64,000 nt of DNA from Eledone cirrhosa (GCA_964016885.1 OZ024746.1:10974001-11038000); one strand, 5' to 3'. Counted from the first letter of the stretch, positions 26,778 through 41,566 are shown. Program-made: numbers and translations. The notes: a model not told the origin generated them from the letters alone.

Positions 26778-27585
26778 GAGGGTGGTGGTCCTGGTGGTGA
26801 CTGTGGGGGAGGGAGGGTGGTGGTCCTGGTGGTGACTGTGGGGGGGGGTCCTGGTGGTGACTGTGGGGGAGGGAGGGGGGTGGTCCTGGTGGTGACTGTG
26901 GGGGAGGGAGGGTGGTGGTCCTGGTGGTGACTGTGGGGGAGGGAGGGTGGTGGTCCTGGTGGTGACTGGGGGGAGGGAGGGTGGTGGTCCTGGTGGTGAC
27001 TGGGGGGAGGGAGGGTGGTGTTCCTGGTGGTGACTGTGGGGGAGGGAGGGTAGTGGTCCTGGTGGTGACTGTGGGGGAGGGAGGGTGGTGGTCCTGGTGG
27101 TGACTGTGGGGGAGGGAGGGTGGTGGTCCTGGTGGTGACTGTGGGGGAGGGAGGGTAGTGGTCCTGGTGGTGACTGTGGGGGAGGGAGGGTAGTGTTCCT
27201 GGTGGTGACTGTGGGGGAGGGAGGGTAGTGTTCCTGGTGGTGACTGTGGGGGAGGGAGGGTAGTGGTCCTGGTGGTGACTGTGGGGGGGGGGGGGGGTAG
27301 TGGTCTTGGTGGTGACTGTGGGGGAGGGATGGTTGGGGTCCTGGTGGTGACTGTGGAGGAGGGAGGGTAGTGGTCCTGGTGGTGACTGTGGAGGAGGGAG
27401 GGTAGTGGTCCTGGTGGTGACTGTGGGGGAGGGAGGGTAGTGGTCCTGGTGGTGACTGTGGGGGAGGGAGGGTAGTGGTCCTGGTGGTGACTGTGGGGGA
27501 GGGAGGGTAGTGGTCCTGGTGGTGACTGTGGGGGAGGGAGGGTAGTGGTCCTGGTGGTGACTGTGGGGGAGGGAGGGTAGTGGTG
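26778..27585. repeat. 33-bp G-rich minisatellite, ~24 copies
   Basis: ggtcctggtggtgactgtgggggagggagggt(a/g)gt. Confidence 0.95.
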
Positions 27586-27954
27586 TTTTTATTTTTATTT
27601 TTATCTCTGTAAAACTTGTGGCGATGTTCACTAGAATGTTTGTGTTGGTATTGATTGTTTCTGGTCCGAGTAATAGTATTGCTGGCGGTGATGAATGATG
27701 TCTAAATATATTATGTAGTTTAGTTAGAATTATGATGTTGACTGTAAGATATATTAATTGGAAGCATGTCGACGGCGACAGTATCAATAGTAGTGTTGGT
27801 GGATGTGATGAAGGTGGTGGTATTGTTGCCGGTGCTAATGGAACAGAGGCTTTTGGCATCCTACCAGTGAAAAGATAAAAGACCAGTACTGAAATTAGTT
27901 TGTCAGCTCCATCAATATTTTTGAATTTGAACTAAAATAAGAAGACTTTCATTA

Positions 27955-28045
27955 AGGACAGCACAGGACGGTACAGGACGGTACAGGACGGTACAGGGCG
28001 GTACAGGACGGTACAGGACGGCACAGGACGGTACAGGACGGTACA
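27955..28045. repeat. 10-bp tandem repeat
   Basis: (gtacaggacg)n. Confidence 0.93.
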
Positions 28046-28296
28046 AATATGGGCTTCCACGTGTAATAAAGAGGGAAGCAAAAACAAAAATAAAATTAAC
28101 AAAAAATGGAAACAAAGGAATAATTCCCAATAAGGAGGAGACCCCTCCCAGTTTTCCTCCTACAATACTACAGGCCCACGCTCAGAGCAGGCCCATTCAC
28201 ATGGGCCATTCTTGCCTCTCTCACCCACCTTTCAACAAACTGGCTGGAAGGCAGCACTTCCCTCTCCACTCTGATTTTCCTTCTCAGGTGAATAAT

Positions 28297-28481
28297 AATT
28301 GTTTCTACTTTTGGCACAAGGCCAGCAATTATCCCAGTACATTACTGGTACTTTATTTTATCGACTCCGTAAGGATGAAAGGCTAAGTTAACCTCGACGG
28401 GATTTGAACTCAGACCATGAAGGGGCGTAACTTTATGCTGAGAGGCATGGCGTCCGACCCTCTAACGACACTGCCAATTCA
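28297..28481 (-). mobile_element. Nin-domain SINE with target-site duplication
   Basis: Family match; flanked by direct repeat ctcaggtgaataa. Confidence 0.88.
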
Positions 28482-28514
28482 CTCAGGTGAATAACAATGA
28501 TAATAATAATAATA

Positions 28515-31500
28515 AAATGCTTTATGAGAAAAAATTAAAATAGTAGACCAAAACGCTTGTCCTATGGTTCGCCAGGAAACGCGTCCCTTCTGAAGGGGAT
28601 AGCCTGAAATCCAAAAGTCATCCACTGGCGCAATCTCTTCTCTGAATAGGGATCTGGATGGTCACCTGAACGGGGAGTCCCCCAACTCGAGCCCGCCAAG
28701 TTCACACCAACAACGACCACAAAAATATAAAAGGAGGATCAAATGGACACGGGAAGAGTATAAAGAAGTAATACACGTTTATTACTATGCATTAGGTAAA
28801 CCATCTCAAGAGAGACACACTGCAAATACTTACAAAAAATGGAGTACACTAAATCATGATAACTGACCTTATTTGGACGAAAACAGGTTAGCAAATGTTA
28901 GGAGAGATATCTTCAGAAATTGACTCACAGATACATAATTAATTGCGGTCAGACACGTAGTGGAAACTGACCTAAATATAAGACAGGAAGGAAATGAAGA
29001 ATCAGATAAAGAGAGTAGCCAGCCATGAGGCTTAACTGAAAGGTTGTCATCTGACCAAATCAGGCAAAGGATTGAAGAAATAAGGTATTATAAGGAGCCC
29101 GATGAAAATAACTAGGAAGGTGGGATAGAAACATAATTTAAAGACCAAGTGTTTTCTGGGGAACACAGAGATTCTATAATGGAGGTAAAGCCGAAAATTC
29201 GGAATGAGATGGCAGTTGTAAGTCATACATGTATGAATGATAGGGAACCACTTCAAAAACTTTCAAATACAAATCAAAGTGAAAACAAATAATTTTAAAA
29301 CTTGGTAACTATCCAACACATGAAATCATATGAGAATGAGAACCTGATCTTACTGAGTTGAATGAAATTATTTACACATCAGCTAGGGTAATTGAAAAAA
29401 GATGTATACCTCCGAAAAAACAAAGAAAGCCAAACTTAAGAAGAAATCCACATTAGAGAAGTAAAATTGAATACGAGATTGAATTAATGAGAGGGGAAAT
29501 ATCAATATTGAATGAACTAATTGGAAATATCTGAAAATAATGTAAGATCTAGAAAAGGAAGAGATTTGAAGAAAAAATATGGATTTCCATTAGAAAAACT
29601 GATATCAACTAAGGAAATACTAAAAAAAAGTCCAAGAGAAACAATGTTTGCAAGCAAAATAAGTTGTTCACATCCAATGCCAAATCATTTTACAGAGAAA
29701 TAGGAAAAGAGAAAATAACTATTGAGGACCCCCTCCTTCCATGGAAGAAATTGAAAACTTTTGGAGAAAGATTTGGAGTGATGAGAATACATAAAACGGA
29801 AATGTAGATTAGATTAGATGTACAGAAGAATCCTGCAAAATATTGTAAGAACAAGCATTAGAAGATATCTCAACAGCAGACCGAAGGTTGATACTCACAA
29901 AGCCTCATAAATGGAAATCTCCTGGTAAAGATAGCATGCCAAATTTCTGTTTTTTATCGTTCTAGTGCGCACGCAAAACGTTAGTCCAGCTGTTCGATGA
30001 AATTATGAAAGATCGTGAAAAAACACTTGACTGGATAACAAGGGTAGGGGTCGATAAAATAAAGTACCAGTAACGTACTGGGTAATTGCTGGCCTTGTGC
30101 CAAATGTAGAAACAATTATTTACTTTCTACCAAAGAATAATGAAACAACAAATAAAAAGAACTGTCATCCCATAACCTATCTACCACTTATAAAGTTTTA
30201 ACATCTATTATCGTAGAGGAAATATATGATTTTAGGGAAGAGAACAATATTTTCCTTATTAAACAAAAAGATCAACTCTTAATTAATCTATGATCCTTAT
30301 GAACTGTCATACCAAGCGTAGAAAACAGAGTTCCGCATGGATTGATTACATTTGACAGTATACCACATTCATGGATTCTGAAAGCGCTAGACATATTCAG
30401 AATTTCTCCTGTAATTTCAAACTTTCTGAAATATCGTGTCATTGTCGAACACGAATCTCTAATTATATCATTCCAATGGAGTACTAAATTCAAATAATAT
30501 TAGCATCGATTTGTGAATTTTCCAAGGTGACTCACTTTCACCTCAAATATTTTGCCTAGCTCTAATACCCCTTACAATCGAACTTAACAGAACAAGTCCT
30601 AGTTATAAATTTGACAATTGAAAAATACGCCATCTGATTTATGTAGATGTCATCAAACTATATAGCAAAGACAATGATGAACTTGAAGGCTTTTGCGTTC
30701 TGTGAAAGCATTCAGCGATGACATTAGGATAGAATTTGGGCTTAATAAGTGTGCCAAGCCCACTTTCAAGAAAGGGAAGTTGATAAACTCAATACCAGTC
30801 GAAATGGGTATTGAAACAGTTATAAAAGAAGTTGAGCAGGAACAAACCTATAAATACCTGAGTATAAATGAAGGCTCCGGTATTCAACATGAAAGAGTAG
30901 ATAAAGCAGAAATGTTATATGAGAGTACAAGCAGTTCTGAAATCTGAGCAAAATGTACATAAATTACTTACTAGTTCCAGTTATAGCTTCAATGTATAGA
31001 ACTGGAATATCAGTGAAATAAAGAGAATTGACACAATTGACCTGTAATAAGATGCACCACCCACAGGCAGATGTAGATCGTCTTTATCTCCACAAAACTC
31101 AAGGATTCCGAAGCTTGACTCTTCAAAACTTGAAATAACAAACAACTAGATGCTGAAACTCACTGAAAAATATGAGAGAAGTAAGAAGCTTCATTCGATC
31201 ATGAAAGATAGCAAACAATTTGCTACTGATCTCTTGACAAATGTCCAGGCTGGACAGACTGAGGAAACTGTGGCAATTGTTATGGCAAAATGATGTAAAA
31301 TGAATGGCAAAGAAAAAAAGTGCCCGAGCAATTAACATTGAGATGGGAGCAGTAACCTCTGCTTGGCAAATATGTGACCCGTAACAAACAATCTCAGGGC
31401 TAAAGGTAGAGAGTGAAGACTTCATCTCAACTACTCAAGATCAAAACTTATTAACTCGGAACTATCATGTCAATGTGATGAGAAATAGAGTAGAGTGCTG

Positions 31501-32345
31501 ATTCTGGAATGATGAGATTGTATTAGTGGATCACTTAATCTCGGGATGTAAAGTACCAGTAGAATATTAATCCAGGCATGACAGAGGTGGCCAATACCTA
31601 CATTGGTTAATATGTCGGCATTTTAAAATCAAAACTTCTGACAAGTGGTATAAGCATCACTCTGAGGCTGTGACTGAGGGGGGAAATGTAACAATTATTT
31701 GGGACTTTCCAGTACATGACCATCAAAGCTAACAGACTGGATATTAAAAGACCAAAATAATAAAGTATGTTTATTGATTGATATGAGCATCCTATGTGAT
31801 CACAATATTGTGGTAAAAGAATTTGGCGATCATAAAATATAAAGATTTGCTGATTGAAATTGAAAGAAATGTGGCATCTGAAGGTAGTTACAATAGCAAT
31901 GATTGTAGGAGCACTGGGAATGATTAAAGAAAGGAACAGAGCATTATTTTAGAATGATTCTTGGCTTACCATCACTGCAAGAAGTGAAGCATTGTTTTAA
32001 CTCGTACAGCACACATATTGAGAAGAGCACTATCACTGTGAGAATGATAATTATCTATGTAATTTTGTTTTTATATAACTTTATTAGATTATATTCCATA
32101 ATTATGTAAGTTGTAAATAATTGAGCTCATATGATTGAATCTCCTCCTGATGTAAATATGATTTTAAACAGATAATGTACACATGTATATTGTAAATGAC
32201 ATACTTGTAACTGTGTAACGTGTGTGACGTGAACAATCTGGTGGGGGGGGGGCTTATCATTGTATGCAGTGAGTTTCTCTGTCCTAGGTGTCGGGAAGAC
32301 ATTCAGTATGAAATGGAAACAAAACTGAAAGAAGTATAAAAGCAC
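28515..32345 (+). mobile_element. Decayed, near full-length Dong/R4-clade non-LTR retrotransposon (RT plus restriction-like endonuclease)
   Basis: Broken frames give WKSPGKD (~29911), FQGDSLSP (~30520), HLIYVDVIKLY (~30631), FSDDIRIEFGLNKCA, DHLISGC, RHD, IIWDFPVH/TIKANRLDI, KYKDLLIEIER and IVGALG. Flanked by (TAA)n/(CAA)n, consistent with the known TAA-repeat targeting of Dong. A SINE fragment is inserted at ~30045-30120. Confidence 0.82.
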
Positions 32346-32372
32346 AAATAACAACAACAACAACAACAACAA

Positions 32373-32457
<85 letters not shown>

Positions 32458-32484
32458 AATAATAATAATAATAATAATAATAAT

Positions 32485-33500
32485 CTCCCGATAAAATTCT
32501 TTATTTCCTCTACATTTCTACCTTTCTTTGACTATATTGACAAATATGCTGAGTAGTTATAGATTCTACAGACAAGATATAAACCAATTTTTCTGTATGA
32601 ATGACTTTGGAAATCCTACTAAAAACTGTTCATAAACTCAGCCCAAACAAATGTGACAAATCTTATAGGAAGAAACAAATTAAATAATAAATTAGATATA
32701 GATAGATACTGAATTCAGAGAGTTGGACTAGATCGATCTATAGAAATATTTAGTAGATAAAAATTAAAATATACAACATATAGATGATGGAAACATTAGG
32801 AAAGTGTTCTACGGAAGAGTTAGACTAATATTAAAGCCCGAACTCAGGAATAAGATAATAGGTATGAATATACTAATTCTCAGGAATAAGCTATAACCAT
32901 GACATAACAAAAGGGAGTTCACTTAAAATAAGAAACTACAAACAGCAAAGAGAAGTACTCTCCCCAAAGCTGATATAGTTGGAATATACCGAAATTGTAC
33001 CCCGAGAGGATAGGGAGCAGCCTACAGTAAATTAATAACAGTGAAACTAGAAGAATATTTCGAATCAGGCACAGATAAACTAACTAATGTAATGAGGAAA
33101 CATGAAGACAGCAAACAAACCTTTCTCAGTAAAGAAGAAAAGAATAAGTTAATCATTATTGACTAATTACACCTAATAAAATAATTTAAAGAGGAATAAA
33201 ACAATATCAATGTTTATAAAAACAGATAGAAAGTAAATTCAAAACATGACTCCAAGATATACTTAAGAAAAATCGTGAGAAAGTCGATCGTTTTTCAATA
33301 CTTTGAAAAACGATAGAGAGGAATTAAACCAGGGTTAAATCCAACAATTGCTCAAAAGCTTTTGGCTAAAAGCAGAAATAGAAGGTTTTATTTTAGCATT
33401 ATTAGACAAATACTTAGTCATAAATAATTGTATAAATAAAATTATGAAAAGATATGCTAACATTAAGTGTATAGTGTGCAAATAAGACACTAAGACTGCA
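32485..33500 (+). mobile_element. Older, heavily decayed Dong/R4-like fragment
   Basis: Remnants such as LKAEIEGFILA (~33366) and a HPKAD-like segment; lies directly after (TAA)n. Confidence 0.45.
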
Positions 33501-33509
33501 TTGTCGTAT

Positions 33510-33995
33510 TAGGGATTGGCAGTATCGTTAGAGGGTCGGACGCCATGCTTTGCAGCAAAGAGTTACGGCCCTTTATGGTCTGAGTTCAAATCCCGCCGAG
33601 GTTAACTTTGCCTTTCATCCTTACGGCGTCGATAAAATAATGTACCAGTAATACACTGGGATAATTGCTGGCCTTGTGCCAAAAGTAGAAACAATTATTG
33701 TAATGATGTAAGACCAGAGAAGTAGAGGTGGTCCCTTCAAATTGCTGGTCTTGTATCAAAAATAGAAACAAGTATTTTTTTTTGGGGGGGGGGGGGGGGC
33801 GGGGGGGCAAAATTGATAGGGTGTCGGATGAAATACTTTGTGGAATTATTTTCAGTTCTTTACATTCTGAGTTCAAATCCTGCCGATGTCAACTTTATCT
33901 TTCATCCTTCCAGGGTCGATAAAATAAGGTACCAGTTAAGTACTGGAATCGTTTCCCTCTCCAAAATAACTGGCCTTGTACTTAAATTAGAAATC
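33510..33995 (+). mobile_element. Two SINE copies (33510-33700 and diverged ~33790-33995)
   Basis: B-box gagttcaaatcc, Nin-type core and ggccttgt tail. Confidence 0.82.
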
Positions 33996-35449
33996 ATTAA
34001 TTTTTTTTATTATTTGAAGCAGTGTATTGATTCAGTAGAATGTCTGATAATGTCTTGCATTATTTACTCGTGTCTCTTTACGTCTGAAACCCCATCGGGG
34101 TTGCTTTTACCAGCAAGGTATGGAACTAAAGCAATTGAGTAAAAATATTGGACCTGCTGCCAAGCTAGGAAATCAATAATGTTATTTATATCGTTGTCTC
34201 TCTTTTAGATATGTGTTTAACCAATAAACACAACTCGATTTCAAAGTTGACTCCATGTTCCTCAGAAGTGATTCTATTTTGCAGTCCCTATATTCAGTTC
34301 TTGACGAATATTCTGCACAAAGAGTGTGCTGAATCCAATGATATTATTTCTTATAGTGAGTGTCGATTGTCGATTCTTTGAAGCTTACATAAATTGCGTT
34401 CTTTATTTTAGTCCTTTTTAAATAGAAAAGATTTATATATTGATTTTTCACGAACGTTTTAATCTCTACTTTTAAACCCTTCTCTTTAGTTTCTTAAACG
34501 TATTGACTATGTTTGGACAGAAAAATATTTACATACCTATAAAGAAACATATTATCCAAATAACATTTGGGCGGCTGTCTTTGGTTTTCCCTATATTTTC
34601 CCTACGTGCTTATTTAATTATAGCCCAGTGTATTGGGGTTTCGACGTAATTAGAGATAGGTTTGATGCATGTTTATAGCATTTGTTGTCCTTCCCAATTG
34701 TGTTATGTTTAAATATTGCACAGTGACTATAATTGCACACGTGATCATGTCTATATGTTTTATTTGACTTAGAAATGCTCAATTGTTTATTGTTATTTAC
34801 GAAGCAATTTGCATCTATTTTCTTCCAATTAGAAGGCTGTATATTAGAAGTAGTTCATTATCTCTAATTCTATAAATGTTGTTAGCATATCAACTTATGA
34901 GCAATATTTCAGCCATGAAAATATCATGATATAACAATCAAATAACTTGTTTTATAGATATATGTTTAATGAAGATATTTAGGAACACTTTCTTAAAATG
35001 GTTATTGATTTATACATGCCCCATCGAACTATACTTGGGGCCGTTTCCTCCTAGAGCATTACTCAAACTATCCTCGTTGATACCTCAAATCGTCCCACCC
35101 CATGGATCAGACAGTAGAGTGCAACACCAAGTCAAATACCATTCGCCTTTCATCCAATATAGGTCCACGGCTGACCCAGGATTTGGTGAAAGAGACGAAT
35201 TTTAAAAAGATATTTCGCACGAATGGCAACTACTGTTCATCGCCATCGTTGTCTAGGAAACTCTGAAAATGTGTCCGCTTCAACACGCGAATCCCGAAAC
35301 CCTCATGTGTTTGGTGTTGGCTGCGAATGGATCTCCTCACCAATACATGTATAATCCTGAATGTTCCACCTTGGTTAAACATGACAGCCTGATATATGTT
35401 CCTGTTTACCTCAGCCTATTCTGTATTTCATCTGCCTCACTTGATTTCA

Positions 35450-35990
35450 TCTTCTTCTTCTTCTTCTTCTTCTTCTTGGGAGGGTCGTAGGGGCAGGGTC
35501 CTCAAACACTCCTTCCACCAGGTCCTGTCAGAAGCAACCGTCTCTACCAGATCCGACTGAATCCGCGAACGTAACCAGCCAAGCTCATCGTTGTTATCCA
35601 ACCATCTTGCTCGGGTCTGCCCCTGGGTTTCCTGTCGGTTAGTTTTGCCCGTAATACCTTTCCAGCGGTTCTTTCCTCAGACATTCTAACCACATGCCCA
35701 TAGTATCGGATCTGTAATCTCTCAATTCGGAGAAGTAGTTGCACTACCTGGAGTGACTCTCTGATCTCCGAGCTATGCACTCTATCGAGTAACGTTACTC
35801 CAAGGGCCCTTCGGAGAAACCCCATTTCGGCCGCTTATATTCGCGATCATATTCCTTCAGTCATTAACCAAAATTCCTGACCACAGGTAAGAGTTGGCAC
35901 GAATACCGAATTGAAGACAGCAAGTTTGGCTTTTACACCTACCTCCCTTCTAATTACCGAATGCTCAAGTTGGCACATTACTGCATCAGT
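35450..35990 (-). mobile_element. RTE-clade LINE 3' fragment with (GAA)n tail
   Basis: AEMGFLRRALGVTLLDRV...IRYYGHVVRM...RKPRGRP, the typical RTE C-terminus; (TTC)n at 35451-35478. Confidence 0.82.
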
Positions 35991-36651
35991 TCCTGATTGG
36001 TTACATTTTTCATATTTTTACTTTTATTGGATAGCTTTTCGAGTAGCATCAGTATGGCATCCAATTCTCTGTGTGTTTGTGTGCGCTATGTAGTTGTTTC
36101 ACTTTCTTTTCATATATACTACATGCCATGAAAGCGTTTGTTTTACTAGCTTTATGTAACCACAAACTGCAGTTTTTGTTTTATCGCTTCATTGCATATT
36201 TACCTTTTCAATTACCGCACTATCTTTATTATCAGATCCCTCTATATTCATGACATCTTTATTGTATATAACTATTTCATTATTTATAGAAAACAATGTT
36301 TCATTTTGTTTCGATAACAATGTCAGGACGTTTTGCCCCGTTTTATTTTACCAGTCACTGAATACATGCGTCACCGTAATGCAGTTAACTATTGTTACAT
36401 ATACATTTTTTTGCATCTTTATGTCACTCGTTTCCTGTTCTGTAATGGAATATTACTCAATATATTCATATTTCTATCCGGTCATCGACGTATGTTGCAT
36501 AAAATATGCTGGAAATTGTAGTGTTGTTGGCGTTGGTGGAGTTGGTTTTAATCTTGGTGGAATATAACGGCTAATCCATTTATATTTACAAGATACGTTT
36601 AAAAGTATAAGCGGTAATGTCTGTTTTAGGTAATATTATGATCATTATTAT

Positions 36652-38095
36652 CAGGGCGGTGGATTGGCAGTATCGGTAGAGGGTCGGACGCCATGCTTTG
36701 CAGCGTAGAGTTACGTCCCTTTATGATCTGAGCTCAAATCCCGCCGAGGTTAACTTTGCCTTTCATCCTTATGGGGTCGATAAAATAAAGTACCAGTCAT
36801 GCACTGGGATCGATTTAATCGACTTTCCCTTCCCCTCAAATTACTGGCCTTGTGCCTATATAAGAAACCATTATTATCAGGGTGGTGGATTGGCAGTATC
36901 GGTAGAGGGTCGGACGCCATGGTAGGGTGGTGGATTGGCAGTATCGGTAGAGGGTCGGACGCCATGGTAGGGTGGTCGATTGGCAGTATCGGTAGAGGGT
37001 CGGACGCCATGCTTTGACGTATCGAGTTACAGCCTTTGCCATTCTGAGTCAAATCCCGCCAAGGTCAACTTTGCCTTTCATCCTTACGCGGTCGATAAAA
37101 TAAAGTACCAGTAATGCACTGGATAATTGCTGGCCTTGTGCCAAACGTAGGAACAATTATTATCATTATAAGGGGCGGTGGATTGGCAGTATCGGTAGAG
37201 CGTCGAATAACATGCTTTGCGACATATATGATGGGGTCTAAAGAGTCCCTGGTTTTTATAGAGTTATTTTTACAGAGCTTAGAAAAACTGAAGGACCGCT
37301 GCAATAGGTGTGTGAATCTGAGAGGGGAATATGTTGAATAACTGATTCTCCTGTATTTTCTTTTAAACAAATCAGGAACTTTTCAGCAGCCCCTCGTAGT
37401 TATGTCCCTTTACCTTCTGAGTTCAAATCGCGCCGAGGTTAGCTTTGCCTTTCATCTTTACGGAGTTAATAAAATAAAGTACCAGTAACGAACTGGAGTC
37501 GATTTAATCGAATTTCCGCTTCCCGTCAAATTGCTGGCTTTGTGCCAAAAGTAGAAAGAATTCATATTATTGTTGTTGTTAATGATGTCGCTGTTTCTAT
37601 TGTTAATAGTAGTCGTGGAAATTTCACAGATGTTAACTAGGACACAATAATTACTCTGACATATATTTATACAATCATAAATGATTTCTTTGAAGTAATT
37701 TAACAACTGTGATTGATACATGTGAATTGATACATGTGAAGAACAACGGAGTTATTCTCTCTTGCCTTAATAATTAATAACATTTCGGTTCATTACATTG
37801 TCATATCAGTATAATTATCATATCATTGTATCATTTGAATCATTTCAAAAATACATATATTAAACACCTTTCTCCCCCTCTCCCTCTTTCTCTCTCTCTT
37901 CCTTCAATCGTGTAATATACTATCAGTGAATAGCCTTCTCCTGGCGAGTCGTTAGAATGTCAGTTAGAATGCTTTGCGGTATTCAATCCGGCTCTCTACT
38001 CTCTGAGTTCAAATCCCGCCGAGGTTAACTTTGCCTTTCATCTTTCGAGGCCAATAAAAAAAGTACCAGTCTAGTACAGGAGTTCGATACTGCTA
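36652..38095 (+). mobile_element. SINE cluster (36652-36870; 36880-37160 with a triplicated 45-bp head; 37172-37220; 37380-37560; 37925-38095)
   Basis: Repeated ggtggattggcagtatcggtagagggtcggacgccatg heads, B-boxes and Nin-type cores. Confidence 0.85.
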
Positions 38096-39109
38096 CTATG
38101 TCTCTTTCTCACTTCTCTCTCCTCTTCTATCCTTTTCTGGAAAATAATCTGCTCTATTCAGGTCTGGAGAGAAATGGACTCTGCCAGGCCAGGCTTAAAA
38201 TGCCCAGGAAATCTCGTATGTCAATACGGTGCCACTACGACTCCATCAGGAGTTACGGAAATATACCATACTATACCAAATAGTATCCTCTATCTTATGA
38301 CCCTCACTGTTACTAGGTCCCTCCGATCTGTTGTGGCTTCTTCCTCCAACCACGTAACATGTGTATGTACATCAGAAGATTATTGTTATTATACTGCTAT
38401 TATTTTACTGTCTCTTTTCTTTCCCAGTTGAAATCCCAAAGAGTTCAACTTTGAATTTTATCCGTGATCGATAAAATACTTAATATTCATCTACTGAATA
38501 CATCTATCGAATACATCTCTAAGTGTGATCTTGTGTCTATGCTAGAATTACTTTTATTTTGTCTTTGAATTTGTGTGTGTGCGTACCTACATATGTGGTT
38601 GTGAGTGTGTATATTGGTACATGTGTCTATTATGTCTATGTGTGCTTGTGTGGGCATGTCTGTGTATGTGTGTCTGTGTATGTGTGCTTGTGTGGGCATG
38701 TCTGTGTATGTGTGTCTATGAATAATTGTTCTGTCTCATAACGAGTTAATGAGAAGATATATTTCATCAGAGCACTGATTGGTTTAGACTAATCGAAGGT
38801 ATTGGTAGATTCTATTCTGTATACTTGAAAATATTTTCTTCACAGTTTTTTGGAATCATAGCTGATCTCAGAGATAGGATTGGTTTGAGCATGTAGTATA
38901 TTTTATATTCAGTAACGATTCTTTTGCGAAGCCATCATAGGGTGAAATGGTTACAGACAATAATTGTGGTGGAAGGTGGTGCTGGATGTAGCATTGAGAT
39001 AGAGAGCGAGGTAGATAGAAAGAAAGATATACAGAGAGATAGGTAGATAGATAGACAGACAGACAGACAGATAGATATGTAGATATGTTTCTTTTATAGG
39101 TAGGTAGAT

Positions 39110-40280
39110 ATATTTTTTTATTTGCCACAAGGGCGCACAAGAAAAGGGGACAATACAAAGACACATGCCGGGAATTTTACATACAGTCGTGTAAAAATAT
39201 TATTAAAACAAACAAATTTAACAATCGAAATCCCCAATAGAGGGGAGGCGTTACAAATGGGTTGTTTAATACCCCGTCGCTAGAACATAGATAGATACCT
39301 TTCTTTATTTGCCACAGGGGCGTACAAAAATGGGACATTACAAGACGTGACGGCGGAGGTTTACATAAAATCTTTAACAATGATAAATAACAATAAACTA
39401 TATAAAAATAAAACAATTGAAATCCCCATTAGTGGAGGGGGGAGGGGCGTAACGCTACTGCGGGTTGTTTTACACCCCGTGGATAGAACAACCCTCAACA
39501 CCAGGAACACGTTTTGTAGGTGTTCCCGTCTTCCCTCTGTTTATCTTCCTCAACCTACAGGTCTATATACAGAGAAGGCCCATTCACTCGGGCCATTTTC
39601 GCCATATTCACCCACCTTTCAGCGAATTTACTGGGGTGTAGCACCTCTCTCTCCCCTCTCACCTTCCTTCTGAAGTGGTACTTAAAGAAGGGGATGAATT
39701 GTTGTCCGGAGAGAAAGGTGTTTGCCCTCAGTCCTTTTAACCTAGTCCACCATATTACCTCTTTCGCTATAGCCATCAGACAGAGGAACACCGCCTCTCC
39801 TTCATTCTTAAATGAAGGCGGCGGGTTAATCCTCACGATGGACTCGGCTGACAACTGGATGCGTCCCACACGTGACAGCAGCTGTTCGACATAATTCCCC
39901 AGGTCGGTCACCCCTGGGGACTGAACATTTGCGCACAGAACGGTTTCGATATCCTGCTCCTATCTTGGACAGGTCCTTTTGGCAGAATCTCTGCCAGGGC
40001 GTCCGTGCCTGTGGATTTTGTCTCGAACTGGTAGAGCTCCTCGGTAGCACTGCCAGGCCAGAGACCTCTGGTAGTTATCCATAGGCCCTGGACGGAAAGT
40101 CCTCCCGAACAGACTGGTCAGTTCGTCTTCCCCGATGCCTAGAGTTTCCCCGAGAACGTCGTCACACTTATCCTCCAATAATCCCCTATAGAATGTCGAA
40201 GTGGAGTCTCCTCTGATTGCCGTTTCCGCTTGGTAGAGGGCTGTGAGCGCCTGAAGGCCCTCGAGGTGCCAGGCGATAGA
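39110..40280 (-). mobile_element. Tx1/L1-clade LINE 3' fragment plus extra short 3'-end copies in (GATA)n context
   Basis: DNYQRSLAWQCYRGALPVRDK...CPR (zf-RVT-like) and AVFLCLMAIAKEVIWWTR...FAERW; the 3' UTR is repeated at 39110-39290. Confidence 0.78.
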
Positions 40281-40282
40281 AC

Positions 40283-40354
<72 letters not shown>

Positions 40355-40427
40355 AGATGGAGAGGGCGAGAGATTGAAGGAAAGAGAACACAGAGAAAGG
40401 TGTAAGGAGAGATGAAGATAGAGATGG

Positions 40428-40501
<74 letters not shown>

Positions 40502-40864
40502 TGACTGCGATTGGTGGTGATGGTGACCTTGCTTGTCACGGTAGTGATGGTAGCAAATATTGCTTTTCATTAACAGAGTTTGTCAATTAGCCAATTGTTG
40601 GTATACAGGTGAGCTACACACCAATTGTTAGCTTCTATAGACCAACAGAGAAAGGTGAAAACAAGACCTTCAGATAAATAAACATTAACATTTATGCATA
40701 CATACATATATACATACATTATATTCATGTATGTATGTATGTATATATACATACATGAATATGTTTAAAGTCAGTATATATGTATAAGTATATATATATG
40801 TGTATATATATATATATACATAGATATATACTTATACATATATACTGACTTTAAACATACACTC

Positions 40865-40939
<75 letters not shown>

Positions 40940-41350
40940 TATATGTAGAGAGAGAGAGAGGGGGAGATTGAGACAGCCACACACACACACATATATATAT
41001 ATACACACACACACGTCTGTGGGGATCCAGGCGCATGCGTGTGTGTAAAAAGTATAGAAATATATAAGAAGAAAGGCCAGTTAATTGATTGGTAGATTGA
41101 CTACTTTGTTCCCAACACAAATAGGCAATATGATCACGTCTTTTATTTTTGTAGTTTCATGTGAAAGGAGGGGTGAGATCGATAACCAATAAAATCAAAG
41201 TCTTAAAGCAAACTAGTACTTACCAAATATTGTACTCACAATACAACTATGTATATAAGTATGCGAATACATACAAACATATATATATATATATATATGA
41301 TATATATATATATATTATTTATATATATATATATGATATATATATATATA

Positions 41351-41490
<140 letters not shown>

Positions 41491-41566
41491 TATATATATA
41501 TATATATATATATATTATTTATATATATATATATATATATATATTATTTATATATATATATATATA

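Noticed and set aside
26738-27859. 373-aa Pro-rich, collagen- or extensin-like ORF
   Set aside because: 33-bp minisatellite read in shifting frames
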